The position numbers and the translations under genes were made by a program. Positions 16,553 through 16,882 of a DNA stretch of 16,882 nt are shown piece by piece. Source of the DNA: an uncultured Nitrososphaerota archaeon (lineage in GTDB: Archaea > Asgardarchaeota > Njordarchaeia > Njordarchaeales > Panguiarchaeaceae); assembly GCA_964636085.1 (NCBI GenBank), contig CAZWPQ010000027.1, positions 8,340 to 25,221 on the forward strand. Direction: 5' to 3'. The number at the start of each line of letters is the position of its first letter. The first letter of the stretch is position 1. The notes beneath the pieces are model-generated. The model did not search any database, was not told the DNA's origin, and was given only the letters and a program-made list of their open reading frames with translations.

Positions 16553-16880
16553 CCTTAGTTTCAACTCGCACGATCTCTGGTATTATGTTTCCCAGTTCTC
16601 CATGCTCATCTATAATCCTATATATGCTCTCCATGAGTCTATCTATCAGGTCTGGATCATCCCTAGAAACAATAACCCGAAGATTAGCACCATCCCACGA
16701 ATCCACAGGAGTTACATCGATGACAAAGTCGTATTCCTTCAGCAGTATCTCCCTTATTCTATTGACAACCACAGTGTTTATTTTGGCTTTTGGCTCACCT
16801 CTAATCATCAATTCGTCGGATCTAACTATCTCTGGTATTATGTTTCCCAGTTCTCCATGCTCATCTATAATCCTATATAT
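16542..16880 (-). CDS. HEPN partner with tandemly duplicated, degenerate MNT-like domain; 5' end outside the window
   Basis: The frame is open to the window edge: IYRIIDEHGELGNIIPEIVRSDELMIRGEPKAKINTVVVNRIREIL...DGANLRVIV...SIYRIIDEHGELGNIIPEIVRVETKDAV. MNT-like topology but no GS or DxD. Translationally coupled to the HEPN gene. Confidence 0.7.
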   Translation of the reverse strand: MYRIIDEHGELGNIIPEIVRSDELMIRGEPKAKINTVVVNRIREILLKEYDFVIDVTPVDSWDGANLRVIVSRDDPDLIDRLMESIYRIIDEHGELGNIIPEIVRVETKDAV

Positions 16881-16882
16881 GC
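16573..16882. repeat. Exact 55-bp direct repeat (16573-16627 = 16828-16882), period 255 bp (85 codons), cut by the window edge
   Basis: ATCTCTGGTATTATGTTTCCCAGTTCTCCATGCTCATCTATAATCCTATATATGC occurs twice with no mismatch. Confidence 0.97.

Noticed and set aside
1-16882. tRNA, rRNA, integrase, transposase or cas genes
   Set aside because: None was recognisable on either strand.

Overview
Archaeal-looking window, inferred from GGTGA Shine-Dalgarno motifs, TATA-like boxes, an ApgM-type mutase and a tungsten AFOR-family enzyme. It has two halves. 1-8799 (all + strand) holds the 3' end of a membrane-anchored Ca-binding repeat surface protein, a TPR-like protein, and a tight operon: divergent ATP-type PEP carboxykinase, enolase, ApgM phosphoglycerate mutase, a four-cluster Fe-S subunit and an aldehyde:ferredoxin oxidoreductase family subunit. 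The context suggests the last two form a GorSL-type GAP:ferredoxin oxidoreductase. 8800-16882 is an accessory region with long non-coding gaps. It contains an unlisted AbrB-like small ORF overlapping an Asn-variant retropepsin-like gene, an 18-bp perfect palindrome in a promoter, a DUF6935-like gene, an orphan one-spacer CRISPR-like mini-array (11383-11490) with its own TATA-like box and T-tract and no cas genes, a decayed beta-helix pseudogene, and two convergent HEPN/MNT-type modules. The partner gene of the second module carries an exact in-frame domain duplication and runs off the window. All family calls come from motif recognition by eye; no searches were run.
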